From the NCBI GenBank assembly GCA_018646625.1, contig JABGUJ010000002.1:1-64000 (forward strand): a DNA stretch of 64,000 nucleotides, given 5' to 3'. The translations under genes were made by a program, and so were the position numbers. The notes below the pieces were generated by a model, which saw nothing but the letters and a program-made list of their open reading frames with translations, had not been told where the DNA came from and did not search any database. Positions 8,151 through 17,159 of the stretch are shown here, piece by piece (the stretch's first letter is position 1; every line of letters begins with the position of its first letter). This DNA is from Candidatus Woesearchaeota archaeon. GTDB lineage: Archaea; Nanobdellota; Nanobdellia; Woesearchaeales; JABGUJ01.

Positions 8151-8609
8151 TTATTTGTATCCGCCTAGACCTTGGGTTGCAACTTCTATATCGAGTCCTT
8201 TGTATTTCTGTGAATCTATAGAACGTTCCTCAAAAAAGAATGGATTTCCATCTAATGCTCTTGCGTTGGGATTAAGGTATTTTTTTGGCTCGACGTCATC
8301 TCTTTCTAGATATCCGTTATCAAATTCTCTTTGATTACCTTCTTCATCTAATGCTCTTATTGCTAGAATCTCTATGCCTGTTGTTTGTGGATTTTCTAAG
8401 AACGCGTTGCACCTTGTTAACATTTCATTAACTGAATTTGCTATGTTTTTCTCGTCGTCATTAAATCCATTATCTTTAACTAAGTAATGTATTAGATCTT
8501 TTATTGTGGTTTCTGGATTTGATTCTAGTTTCTCAGTTACTTCTTTTGTTATTGGCTCAACTTCTGCAAATGGATGCTTAAGTCTAGCGATGTATCTATC
8601 TTTGCTCAT
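8151..8609 (-). CDS. Putative ubiquitin-like (beta-grasp) modifier precursor ending GG-YK
   Basis: C-terminus LDIEVATQGLGGYK. PETTIKDLIHYL resembles the pre-helix/helix of beta-grasp proteins. First gene of the E2-E1-JAB operon, with a GGGTGA RBS. Confidence 0.6.
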   Translation of the reverse strand: MSKDRYIARLKHPFAEVEPITKEVTEKLESNPETTIKDLIHYLVKDNGFNDDEKNIANSVNEMLTRCNAFLENPQTTGIEILAIRALDEEGNQREFDNGYLERDDVEPKKYLNPNARALDGNPFFFEERSIDSQKYKGLDIEVATQGLGGYK

Positions 8610-8844
8610 ATTATCACCCTTAGATTTTGTTGAGAATTAGTTGTTTTGTAGACTTAATGTGACTTTGGTGTTAGAATTCGGAGTTTATTTCATACTGGTT
8701 CTATAGTTTTTAATTATTTAGAAATTCATTTCGTTTAATTACGGAGTCGTAAATTTATTTTATGATTTGATTTCTTTTTCCATTACTTATTTTCTTATTT
8801 AATCGAAACATTTATAAACAAAATTGAGCTGTTTTTAAACATCA

Positions 8845-9945
8845 ATGAAAAAGAGGGGTAGGAAAGCGTCTACTGCTAGTGCGGGGCGTAAAAAAGGGGT
8901 GAAGAGGAAATCTTCTTCTAGATCTGTTGTTAAAAAACGCACTTCTAAGTCTATTAAGAAAAAGACTGTTAAACGAAAAAAGTCGACTAAGAAAAAGGCT
9001 GTGCGTAAAGCTTCTACAAAGAAGAAAACAGTACGTAAAGCGTCCGTTAAACGTAAGGTTGTTAGAAAAATAAAATCACGTTCTAAAGTTTCGAGAAAAG
9101 AAGTTTGGGCTGTTAAACGTAGACGAGTTGTTAATAAATTTGAACATCTGGTGAAGGATGAGCTTGTTAAAGTTGAGAGATCGGTAGTTCCGAAAAAAGA
9201 AGGCCACACCATACCAAAGGGTATTAGAGTTCTGGTTGGTTATTTTTCTGTTATTGCGTTACTTTACTTAGTTTTTATGGTGCTTGGATTCGCATCACCC
9301 GTTGCATTGTTGTTTTCTAATGTTTTACAAGGCGGATGGGCGATGTTCGTTAATGTTATTGTGTTTCTTCTTCTTTGTTACATAATATATGGTTTTATTA
9401 GAAGAGCGAAAGCTTCATTTTATATTGCATTTGCTTGGATGTGTTTGGGTATTATTAATTCAATCACATCGTTAGTATTCATTGAACGAACAAGTCTAGA
9501 TGCCCTGAACAATCTAATTGCGCTATCTTCATATGCTGTGTTGCTGATTAACGGACTAGTTATATGGTATTTATTACATGAACATCACTATTTTTTTGAT
9601 TTACATTATAAGCGAAAAGAACTCATGAAACAAGACAAGTGGTTTATTTCAGTTATATCTGTTATCTGGATTGTTATATTGTTATCATCTCTGTTTGTTG
9701 GTGTCGATTTCTACAAACATACAACTCAATTAACAGACGATATTGTTGATGAGATTAGTCAGAAATATTTCTGGCAAATAGGATCACATTGTGATTCAAA
9801 GATGGGAGATTCTCGAGATTTATGCTTTATGATTCATGCAGCTTTGAAAAAGCGAGAAGGTTATACGAATTATGCTCGAACTTGCGATAAAATAAGTTCA
9901 GATGTTTACAAATTCACTTGTCAGAGGTTGGTAGAAGAGTGGTAA
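8845..9945 (+). CDS. Membrane protein with a histone-H1-like Lys/Arg/Ser-rich N-terminal tail and Cys-containing C-terminal domain
   Basis: About 95 aa of KK/RK/AS low-complexity sequence, about five hydrophobic segments, and a C-terminal CDS...C / CDKI...C pattern. Confidence 0.75.
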   Translation: MKKRGRKASTASAGRKKGVKRKSSSRSVVKKRTSKSIKKKTVKRKKSTKKKAVRKASTKKKTVRKASVKRKVVRKIKSRSKVSRKEVWAVKRRRVVNKFEHLVKDELVKVERSVVPKKEGHTIPKGIRVLVGYFSVIALLYLVFMVLGFASPVALLFSNVLQGGWAMFVNVIVFLLLCYIIYGFIRRAKASFYIAFAWMCLGIINSITSLVFIERTSLDALNNLIALSSYAVLLINGLVIWYLLHEHHYFFDLHYKRKELMKQDKWFISVISVIWIVILLSSLFVGVDFYKHTTQLTDDIVDEISQKYFWQIGSHCDSKMGDSRDLCFMIHAALKKREGYTNYARTCDKISSDVYKFTCQRLVEEW

Positions 9946-11636
9946 ACTTTAGGAACAAAAGATCTCAGATTACTATCTTTATGATAATTGGAATTATATT
10001 ACTATTTTCTACTGCGATTGTTATGTATATTAGAGCTCAAGTTGTTGATGCTGAGGTTAGGGAGTTTCAACCAGTGGTTGAGGAAGTCCCTTTGCAAGCC
10101 AAACCAATCAAGGCTTATGTTGAACAATGTGTTTATGATCTTGGTTTAGAAGCGGTTGAGAAACTAGGTATGCAAGGTGGATGGATCGATTTTGATGATG
10201 TTCAATTGAATGGTGGGGAGTATTTTAGAGACCTTCCTCTCCCTGCTGAAGGTGATTTAACTAAAGGTGTTGGTCCACAGAAGACCACATATTGGAGTTA
10301 TTTATCATCTAGAAACCGTGATTTTAGTGATCCTCAATGCGGTAGCAAGCGTCCAGAACTTGAAAGTCAGAATATTGATGGTGCCGAAAGAGGGGCGTAT
10401 GATACATCTATCGAAGCTCAGATTGATCGTTATGTTAAGAGAGGAATTGACGAATGTTTAGATGGTTTCAGATCCTTCAGAACTCAAGCAATCAATGTTA
10501 ATACTTTAGAAGATCCCGTCATTACAACTATTGTAACAGATGAAGATGTTTCGATTAATGTGGTTTATCCTATGGAGATGATTTCAGCTGCCGCCAGAAC
10601 CGAACTTAGTATTTTTAATGCAAGAGTCCCTGTTAATCTTAGAAAGGTGTACTCTCTTGCTTTGGGTATTACTGACGCAGAAACTTCATCTTTATTTTTA
10701 GAATATGGAGCTATGGCTTTGATGGTATTGTATATGGATGATGATCGTGACAGTTTGCCCCCTATTAGTTCTAATCCTTCCCTTTGGGCAACTAAGTATC
10801 CTATTTGGATGATGAATAATGTTAATAAATATTTAATGAAAAACGTTTTGCCACAACAAGCGGTTAAAACTAGGCTATTTGGAACTGCTAACTCCGATCA
10901 TTTGGAAATCGAGGGAGTGCAGGATAGTCTGATCCAAGAGATGACTCAAGGCCAAGAATTGGTTCATTTGTTTAATCTTGATGATTTCTTTGAAGGATAT
11001 TACAATTATTCAGATTTGAATGTTGACATGTTTTATACGGGAGAAGAACCTTATTTGGATATTAAGCCTAGTAATGGTATTGTTATAACTCCTGTGACAA
11101 CTGATGTGAATCTTAAATTTATTACTTTGACGGAAACTAAATATGGATTTAAGTATTATTTATCTTATCCATCTGTTTTTGTTATTGAGGATCCTGACGC
11201 GTTGAATGGTAGAGGATATTTCTTTCAGTTTGCTTTAGAAGTTAACATCCGAGGTAATCAGGGTTATAATTGTTCAACACCTATTGTTGCATTAGAGCGT
11301 GGTCCTTCTAATCTATTTGCGGAATACAGACAAAGGTTAAGTGGTAATATTACTATAGAGACTGTTGATGCGGAAAGTAATGATCCTATTGATCTTGTGG
11401 TGGCGAGATATGGTTGTGGTCCCAAGTCTGTCGTTATTGGTGCAACTGAGATTCAAGAAGTTAATGATCCTGCAACTGGTGCAATTGTTGAGAGAGCAAT
11501 ACTTGAAGAAAATTTCCCATTATGTCCTGCAGGTGGAATGTTAGAACTAACAAAATATGGTTACTTAACTCTTAGAATCCCTTTCAATACTTTTGCTTAC
11601 AAAGAACCTGCATATTTATTGTTTAAAATGGAGTAA
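9939..11636 (+). CDS. Secreted protein with a class III (pilin/archaellin-type) signal peptide; surface cluster 1
   Basis: NKRSQITIFMIIGIILLFSTAIVMYI. Probable GTG start at 9939 overlapping the previous stop (the ORF is open from 9918). Paralog of the N-terminal part of 42117..44195. Confidence 0.8.
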   Translation: MVNFRNKRSQITIFMIIGIILLFSTAIVMYIRAQVVDAEVREFQPVVEEVPLQAKPIKAYVEQCVYDLGLEAVEKLGMQGGWIDFDDVQLNGGEYFRDLPLPAEGDLTKGVGPQKTTYWSYLSSRNRDFSDPQCGSKRPELESQNIDGAERGAYDTSIEAQIDRYVKRGIDECLDGFRSFRTQAINVNTLEDPVITTIVTDEDVSINVVYPMEMISAAARTELSIFNARVPVNLRKVYSLALGITDAETSSLFLEYGAMALMVLYMDDDRDSLPPISSNPSLWATKYPIWMMNNVNKYLMKNVLPQQAVKTRLFGTANSDHLEIEGVQDSLIQEMTQGQELVHLFNLDDFFEGYYNYSDLNVDMFYTGEEPYLDIKPSNGIVITPVTTDVNLKFITLTETKYGFKYYLSYPSVFVIEDPDALNGRGYFFQFALEVNIRGNQGYNCSTPIVALERGPSNLFAEYRQRLSGNITIETVDAESNDPIDLVVARYGCGPKSVVIGATEIQEVNDPATGAIVERAILEENFPLCPAGGMLELTKYGYLTLRIPFNTFAYKEPAYLLFKME

Positions 11637-11640
11637 TTAA

Positions 11641-12516
11641 ATGAGAATAAAGACCCAATTATTAGTTGTGTTGGCAGTTTACTTAATAGTTATGCTGCCA
11701 TCTTCTGTATTAGGTTTTGAAAGAACTTATTTCGAAGCAGACGGTGAAACTATTATTGAGGCTGATAATAAATATATTAAAATTGGTATGATGCGTGAAA
11801 GATGTATTAATGCCACAATTAAAAAGAGAACCACTGGTGACATTCACAAGCTTCTTGATATGGGGTTCGATCCATTCACTTATGCGCAATCTATGAATGC
11901 AATTACTACATCTCTGACCGAACATGAGCAAGTAATTTTGATGTTTGAGAGATTAAAATCTCCTTTTGAAGATGAACATATGGCCTTTGCTGGCTTTAAT
12001 GGTTCTTCTTCTCAGACTGAAGTTTGTTTGTATCCTGGTAAGTATTCAATTGAGGGATATTTGATAAGGCAAAATCCTGATAATTTTGTTCTTGAAGAAG
12101 ATAAACGAGAATATTGTATTGGTATTGGTGGTGGAACTACTTTGCAAGGTTCTGAAAAAGTCAAGCAGATGACCGAGCAGGGCGTTGGCATGCTTATGGG
12201 ATTTATTGCTGCTGGTGGTAGTGTTGGTGCTGTACTTGGTGCTGCAGTATTTTTGTATACTAATGTTTTAGGTCAATGTATAGGTGAAACTAAGACAATT
12301 ACTATTCCTGAGACTGACTTGGGTGATACTTTGGTTGTAGGTGGAGTATCTCTTCCAGAATATACTTTTAGTTCTACTGCATTAGACTATGGTAAGATGA
12401 CTTTCTTTGTATTTTCATCGCCTAATCCAACAATTATTGAAGAATTAGCAATAATGAATGATTATTATACTCTCAGTGAGAGTTATCCATTTTTGATTCA
12501 ACCTCATATGGGTTGA
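11641..12516 (+). CDS. Secreted protein similar to the C-terminal part of 42117..44195, with an internal Gly/Ala-rich hydrophobic segment
   Basis: Signal peptide MRIKTQLLVVLAVYLIVMLPSSVLG; motifs PGKYSIEGYLI and VVGG; hydrophobic GVGMLMGFIAAGGSVGAVLGAAVFLY. Confidence 0.75.
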   Translation: MRIKTQLLVVLAVYLIVMLPSSVLGFERTYFEADGETIIEADNKYIKIGMMRERCINATIKKRTTGDIHKLLDMGFDPFTYAQSMNAITTSLTEHEQVILMFERLKSPFEDEHMAFAGFNGSSSQTEVCLYPGKYSIEGYLIRQNPDNFVLEEDKREYCIGIGGGTTLQGSEKVKQMTEQGVGMLMGFIAAGGSVGAVLGAAVFLYTNVLGQCIGETKTITIPETDLGDTLVVGGVSLPEYTFSSTALDYGKMTFFVFSSPNPTIIEELAIMNDYYTLSESYPFLIQPHMG

Positions 12517-15500
12517 GTGAGAAAGATTTAATAAGAAACAAGGTATTTACGTGGTATAACATGGAAAAAAAGGGGCTTGAGAGGTATTATTTGATTGCGT
12601 GCTTTATGATCTTTCTTGTAGTCTCTATACCCATTGCTGCGTCTAATGCATATGGTGCTGTTTCGATAAAAACTATGAGTGTTTCTGGTGAAGATGGTAT
12701 TGAGGGGTATAAAACTCTTGAAGATTCTACAGTTATTGAAACTATGATTGAATATGACGATGGTAATAACATCACTCCAAATAGAGTTAGAAGTCTAGAA
12801 AGTGGACTTGAGTTTAACACTTGTGAGAATTTTGGTAACAAAGCAATTTGTTTATACGAACGAGCAGATTATCCTGCATCTTCTGGTGTAACTAGAGATA
12901 TTCAAATTGGTGTGTACGATGAAGATAATCATTTGCAAGATTCCGAGTCTCGAAAATTGAGTATAGATGATCGAGGTCCTCTTGTTGCAGTTGATTCTGT
13001 TGAACAAGGTATTAATGGTGTATTTGTAACTTTAGATATTCAAGATAAATCTTGCGATGATTGTGATTTAGTTAATACTCCTTGTTCTGGTGTGAGAGAT
13101 GTTATTGTTTATGTTGGTAGTAATACTCAACTTCAACCTGCTTTGAACATTCCTGCACCCTACTATAGTCTAGATTTTAATCAGAATCCTTCTGGTGAAC
13201 ATTGTATGACTCCTCATCCTTCTAAGATTGAAGTCTTGCCAGAGGAAGGTGCTGTGGTGGATATTGTTTCAGGCAATAAAGTCCGATTAAAAATATTAAA
13301 TCCTGAAGTTATTGGTGATGGTTGGCATACAATCTCTGCTAGTGCTATTGATCATTTAGGTAACCCATCCATTAATACTATAAGTGAAGATTATGAGTTT
13401 GATTTCTCAGCTCCGGATCCTTTAGAAGTTATCTTGTACAAATATTATGGTTCTGGCTCTCAGATTGAGGTAGACTACGTTACGCCGATGCCTGTTGATC
13501 AAATTGTTGCTGTGATTAAAATTAAAGATTCTACATTTAATCCTAGTACTGATTCGGTTACTGCGGATTTTAGTGATTTATTTGATGCACCTGGATCTGA
13601 AGCATATGCTGAAAAGCATCCTATTCTTTGTGCTGAGAGTGAGATTACAGATGTTTGGGAGTGTAGATTTACTGGTCTTGTTATTGCTTTAGCTTCTCAA
13701 GCTAATGTGGAAATTCCCGTTACTGTTGTGGATCAAAAAGGTAACGTTGGAGAAAACACTTTATTTTATAGTATAAATGTTGATTTATCTCAACCTTCTG
13801 TTGAAGACCTTGAAACTCGATTCGTTACTGCAGATACTGACTCTGGTGACCAATGTTGGAGGGGGACTTGTTTCTTAAAACCCGGTAATAATACTATTGT
13901 TGCAATCATAGATGAGCAGGGAGCGGGAATGGATTCTCACTATGTTGTCATGGATCTTAGTCAGGTTCATGGTTCTGCGGTACATAGTCTTGATTCTGTT
14001 GGTGATGGTCACAGAGCTGAAGACTGTATTCAATCATCTGGAAGATGGGATTGTATGTTTCCCGTTGGTGTTATTCACCCTCAAGAGCAATTTGGTGACG
14101 AAGATATGCCTGATCTGTTGCCTATTGTTGATTTGAATGGTCGAGTGACTTATTATTTATCTGAGTCTGTTTGTTTGGATGGGGATTCTGTTTGTGTTGA
14201 TGAAGACTCTCTTAGAAATTCATTGAATTCTGATGTTCTAGTTGAGCAAGGAATTGTTGTTGATGATTGGGGTGTTGAGTTGACTTCTAGTCTTGCTGAG
14301 ACTCGATATGTTGAAGTGGGATTGATTAATAATTTTTTAGGTGATGTATCTGAAGCATATATTTCAGCTGAGTATGGTGATGAACCTTTGGAAGAATCTA
14401 CTGCGTCTCTTCCTGTTGAACATGATTATTTATCTCATGTTTATGTTAAAACTATCGAAGGTTATGATGATGCTGAACAACCTTTACTTAATGATGATGA
14501 AACATTTGTTTATGATGCGATGCCTCCAAAATTGGTTGGTGTAGATGCTGTGACTATCAGAGGACAAGATGCAACTGATTATGAAGATATGGATGGTGCG
14601 GAAAATGTTATCTTGGAAGGAGATGGTCTGAAGCTTTTGTTTTATTTTGAAGAAGATTATTACATGGATAATTCTCAAGTTTATTTGAATCTAACTAATC
14701 CTGCCGTGCCTTCTAGAAGTTTAATTAGTGCATATAATGATTCTAACTTTGCTATAATGAGTCCTGAACAGGAATGTGATTATGTTGAGGCTCTTAATCA
14801 GTGGGTTTGTGGATTTATGATTTATAATGTTGAAAATACTGTAAAAATGGTTGACCTTGAGCAGGAACTTTCTGAAACCTCTTTTGTTCTTCACGTAGCT
14901 GATAAGTTTGGTAATTATGGAGATTTTAAATTTGAAGCTCAAGTCTTTGCGTTTAATAAATCCTTTAATTTATCTAATTATCCTGGTATGTTTGAGTTTG
15001 GCGTAACTAATTTAATTCCTGAGAGTATTGATCGTCGTACTACTATTCAACTTTCTCAAAAACTTATGGCTTATGTTCATGTTAAAAAAAATTATCTTGA
15101 ACGTGAAGAGATTGATATTGTTAGAGGGGGAATATCTTTAGTTCCTGGTTGTCCTAGCAATCCTATATTTGTTACTGAAGAAGATTCTCTGATGTATGTT
15201 TCAGATGATGAAGATGAAAGTGAAGGAACCAATGTCTTTAATAATGCTGCAAGTTTTGGTGAAGATGACGAATCTGATGAAGAAGATGACTCTGATGAAG
15301 AATCTGAAGATGCTACTTCTGCAGAAGACATCATGGCGGTTACTTTTGACACTGTAATAGAAGATGTTAGTGCATTTGGTCTCATTTATGATCCTGCGTA
15401 TAATTATTCTGATTTTAGTTTATTTATTCGAACTAAGAAATTAGAAAATCCTCCCGATATTAGTCATGTTATATTGAATTGCAGCTTTGATGTTTTTGCT

Positions 15501-17159
15501 GCAAGTAAGAAGATTGGAGTCTTTTTTCCTAAACAAACTTTTGACCTGAAGTTTGATATAAATATGTCTCATGATCCTGTAACTGATGATCTAAGTGAAG
15601 CTTTGATAAACAAGTTGAAAGGTGAAATTGAATATTTGAACATGGGCTTCTACGTTTTGTATATTATTAATAAGATTTTTAATGTTCTTAGAACAATTTG
15701 TGATCTTGGTGGAGTTCTTAAGATGGCTTATCAAGCTGTCATTCTTCTTAGAGAACTAACTATGCCTTTGTTTATTGCTATCTATAATATTGCTGAGAAG
15801 GCGGATGCCGGTGGCAGCGTCGCGAAAGGTACTCAAGATATATGGGATTATATTAATTTGTTAGCTTGCAAGTTAAAAGAGGGTAAGCTAGGTGTTTGGT
15901 CTCTTGAGAAAGATAGAAATGCCATTCTTGGGAGTGACCGAAAAGTAGGTGATGGTCCTGGAACTGGTACTTCGGATAGAGTTGGTGGAACTAGATATGG
16001 TGCTCTTGGTTGGGTTGAAGAAACTGGTTCTGATATTTGGGGTTCTCAGGCAGGTGTGGAAGATGGTGATGATAAAAAGAGTTGGGGTAACATTATACGA
16101 TCTATTTGTGGTGTGGTAACTTGTGCTCAATGTACTGCAGAAGATGACATTGGAGGTCACGCTCAAGATACTTTTGAAACTTGGTTAACTACTGGAAGTC
16201 ATAATTCTTTATCTGAAAAAGGTGATCTTGGTGCAACATGGACTGAAGGAACACAAGGGGGCATTTTTGGTACTGATGCGCACGCTGGTGGTGATTCTAC
16301 TGATTTTGGATTGAGTGGCGTTGGTAGTGGTGATTTCGAGGACTCTGCTGCACGTGAGTATCGTGAAGGTGCAAGTTCTGCTACAGATAATGACTGGGAT
16401 GCCGGTGCAAATGCGGATTCTTGGCTATCGGGTATGAGCGGTGCTGGTGGCGGAATTGTTGGTGATCTTTTTGCAAAAAAAGCTTTAGATCCTTTTGATA
16501 ATTTTTATGCAGCAGTTATGTGTTTCTGTATTCCGGGAATATTGTATCATTTGAATAAATTACGGCAAATAGACTGTAAGTATTTAGAGTGTGCGTATTA
16601 TCAATCAATTAATGTTAAAGGTATTCAAGTTTGTGAAGAAATTAGAAGTATGGAAGTTTGTTTAGCTTGGACCTCGGGTTTATGGCAACTTGTTCCTTTC
16701 TCTGATGTCTTTGAGAATCTAATGGCTCTTGTTGCGATGTTTACTCACAGTTGGCCAACTCTTGTAATAATGGCTGTAAAAACATTGTTAGCTTGTAATA
16801 CTATTGCTTCTGATGTGAGCACGGGTGGTGATGATGCTGGTGAGATCTCGCCTCATGATATGGCCAGTGCAGAACCTGATTGTAGATTCCAGGCTGGTGC
16901 GAAAAAAGGCCAACCTAGAGCTACTTGGCCTCTTAAGATGACTCAGAATACGGAAGATGCTACATTCATGGATTATTTTAGTGGAATTATTTGTGGTGGG
17001 TTTGATGCTTATGTTTGGATAGCGACTATGCCTCACTGGGCTGAAGAGTTCATTGATCCTGATACTTATTTAGATCAGATGCAGTTATATGAATATGATT
17101 ATTGTGAAAGCGACATTGTTGCAAAACTTATTGATGAAGTAGGTGGCGAAAATGGTTAA
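12513..17159 (+). CDS. Giant secreted/surface protein: Ig-like beta-rich repeats, acidic tract and Cys-rich helical C-terminal region
   Basis: 1548-aa ORF (ATG at 12561 is the likely start) with an N-terminal signal peptide. Repeated AxDxxGN / DxxxP Ig-like boundaries, a DDESDEEDDSDEES tract, the CFCIPGI motif and hydrophobic helices. Confidence 0.8.
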   Translation: MSEKDLIRNKVFTWYNMEKKGLERYYLIACFMIFLVVSIPIAASNAYGAVSIKTMSVSGEDGIEGYKTLEDSTVIETMIEYDDGNNITPNRVRSLESGLEFNTCENFGNKAICLYERADYPASSGVTRDIQIGVYDEDNHLQDSESRKLSIDDRGPLVAVDSVEQGINGVFVTLDIQDKSCDDCDLVNTPCSGVRDVIVYVGSNTQLQPALNIPAPYYSLDFNQNPSGEHCMTPHPSKIEVLPEEGAVVDIVSGNKVRLKILNPEVIGDGWHTISASAIDHLGNPSINTISEDYEFDFSAPDPLEVILYKYYGSGSQIEVDYVTPMPVDQIVAVIKIKDSTFNPSTDSVTADFSDLFDAPGSEAYAEKHPILCAESEITDVWECRFTGLVIALASQANVEIPVTVVDQKGNVGENTLFYSINVDLSQPSVEDLETRFVTADTDSGDQCWRGTCFLKPGNNTIVAIIDEQGAGMDSHYVVMDLSQVHGSAVHSLDSVGDGHRAEDCIQSSGRWDCMFPVGVIHPQEQFGDEDMPDLLPIVDLNGRVTYYLSESVCLDGDSVCVDEDSLRNSLNSDVLVEQGIVVDDWGVELTSSLAETRYVEVGLINNFLGDVSEAYISAEYGDEPLEESTASLPVEHDYLSHVYVKTIEGYDDAEQPLLNDDETFVYDAMPPKLVGVDAVTIRGQDATDYEDMDGAENVILEGDGLKLLFYFEEDYYMDNSQVYLNLTNPAVPSRSLISAYNDSNFAIMSPEQECDYVEALNQWVCGFMIYNVENTVKMVDLEQELSETSFVLHVADKFGNYGDFKFEAQVFAFNKSFNLSNYPGMFEFGVTNLIPESIDRRTTIQLSQKLMAYVHVKKNYLEREEIDIVRGGISLVPGCPSNPIFVTEEDSLMYVSDDEDESEGTNVFNNAASFGEDDESDEEDDSDEESEDATSAEDIMAVTFDTVIEDVSAFGLIYDPAYNYSDFSLFIRTKKLENPPDISHVILNCSFDVFAASKKIGVFFPKQTFDLKFDINMSHDPVTDDLSEALINKLKGEIEYLNMGFYVLYIINKIFNVLRTICDLGGVLKMAYQAVILLRELTMPLFIAIYNIAEKADAGGSVAKGTQDIWDYINLLACKLKEGKLGVWSLEKDRNAILGSDRKVGDGPGTGTSDRVGGTRYGALGWVEETGSDIWGSQAGVEDGDDKKSWGNIIRSICGVVTCAQCTAEDDIGGHAQDTFETWLTTGSHNSLSEKGDLGATWTEGTQGGIFGTDAHAGGDSTDFGLSGVGSGDFEDSAAREYREGASSATDNDWDAGANADSWLSGMSGAGGGIVGDLFAKKALDPFDNFYAAVMCFCIPGILYHLNKLRQIDCKYLECAYYQSINVKGIQVCEEIRSMEVCLAWTSGLWQLVPFSDVFENLMALVAMFTHSWPTLVIMAVKTLLACNTIASDVSTGGDDAGEISPHDMASAEPDCRFQAGAKKGQPRATWPLKMTQNTEDATFMDYFSGIICGGFDAYVWIATMPHWAEEFIDPDTYLDQMQLYEYDYCESDIVAKLIDEVGGENG

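Noticed and set aside
8835..9212. 125-aa Phe/Leu/Thr-rich minus-strand ORF and similar short antisense ORFs throughout the window
   Set aside because: They are reverse-frame shadows of Lys-rich or membrane-protein genes on the opposite strand.
11630..11645. Sequencing frameshift or read-through joining 9939..11636 with 11641..12516
   Set aside because: The downstream ORF has its own ATG and a complete signal peptide, which an artefactual break would not create.
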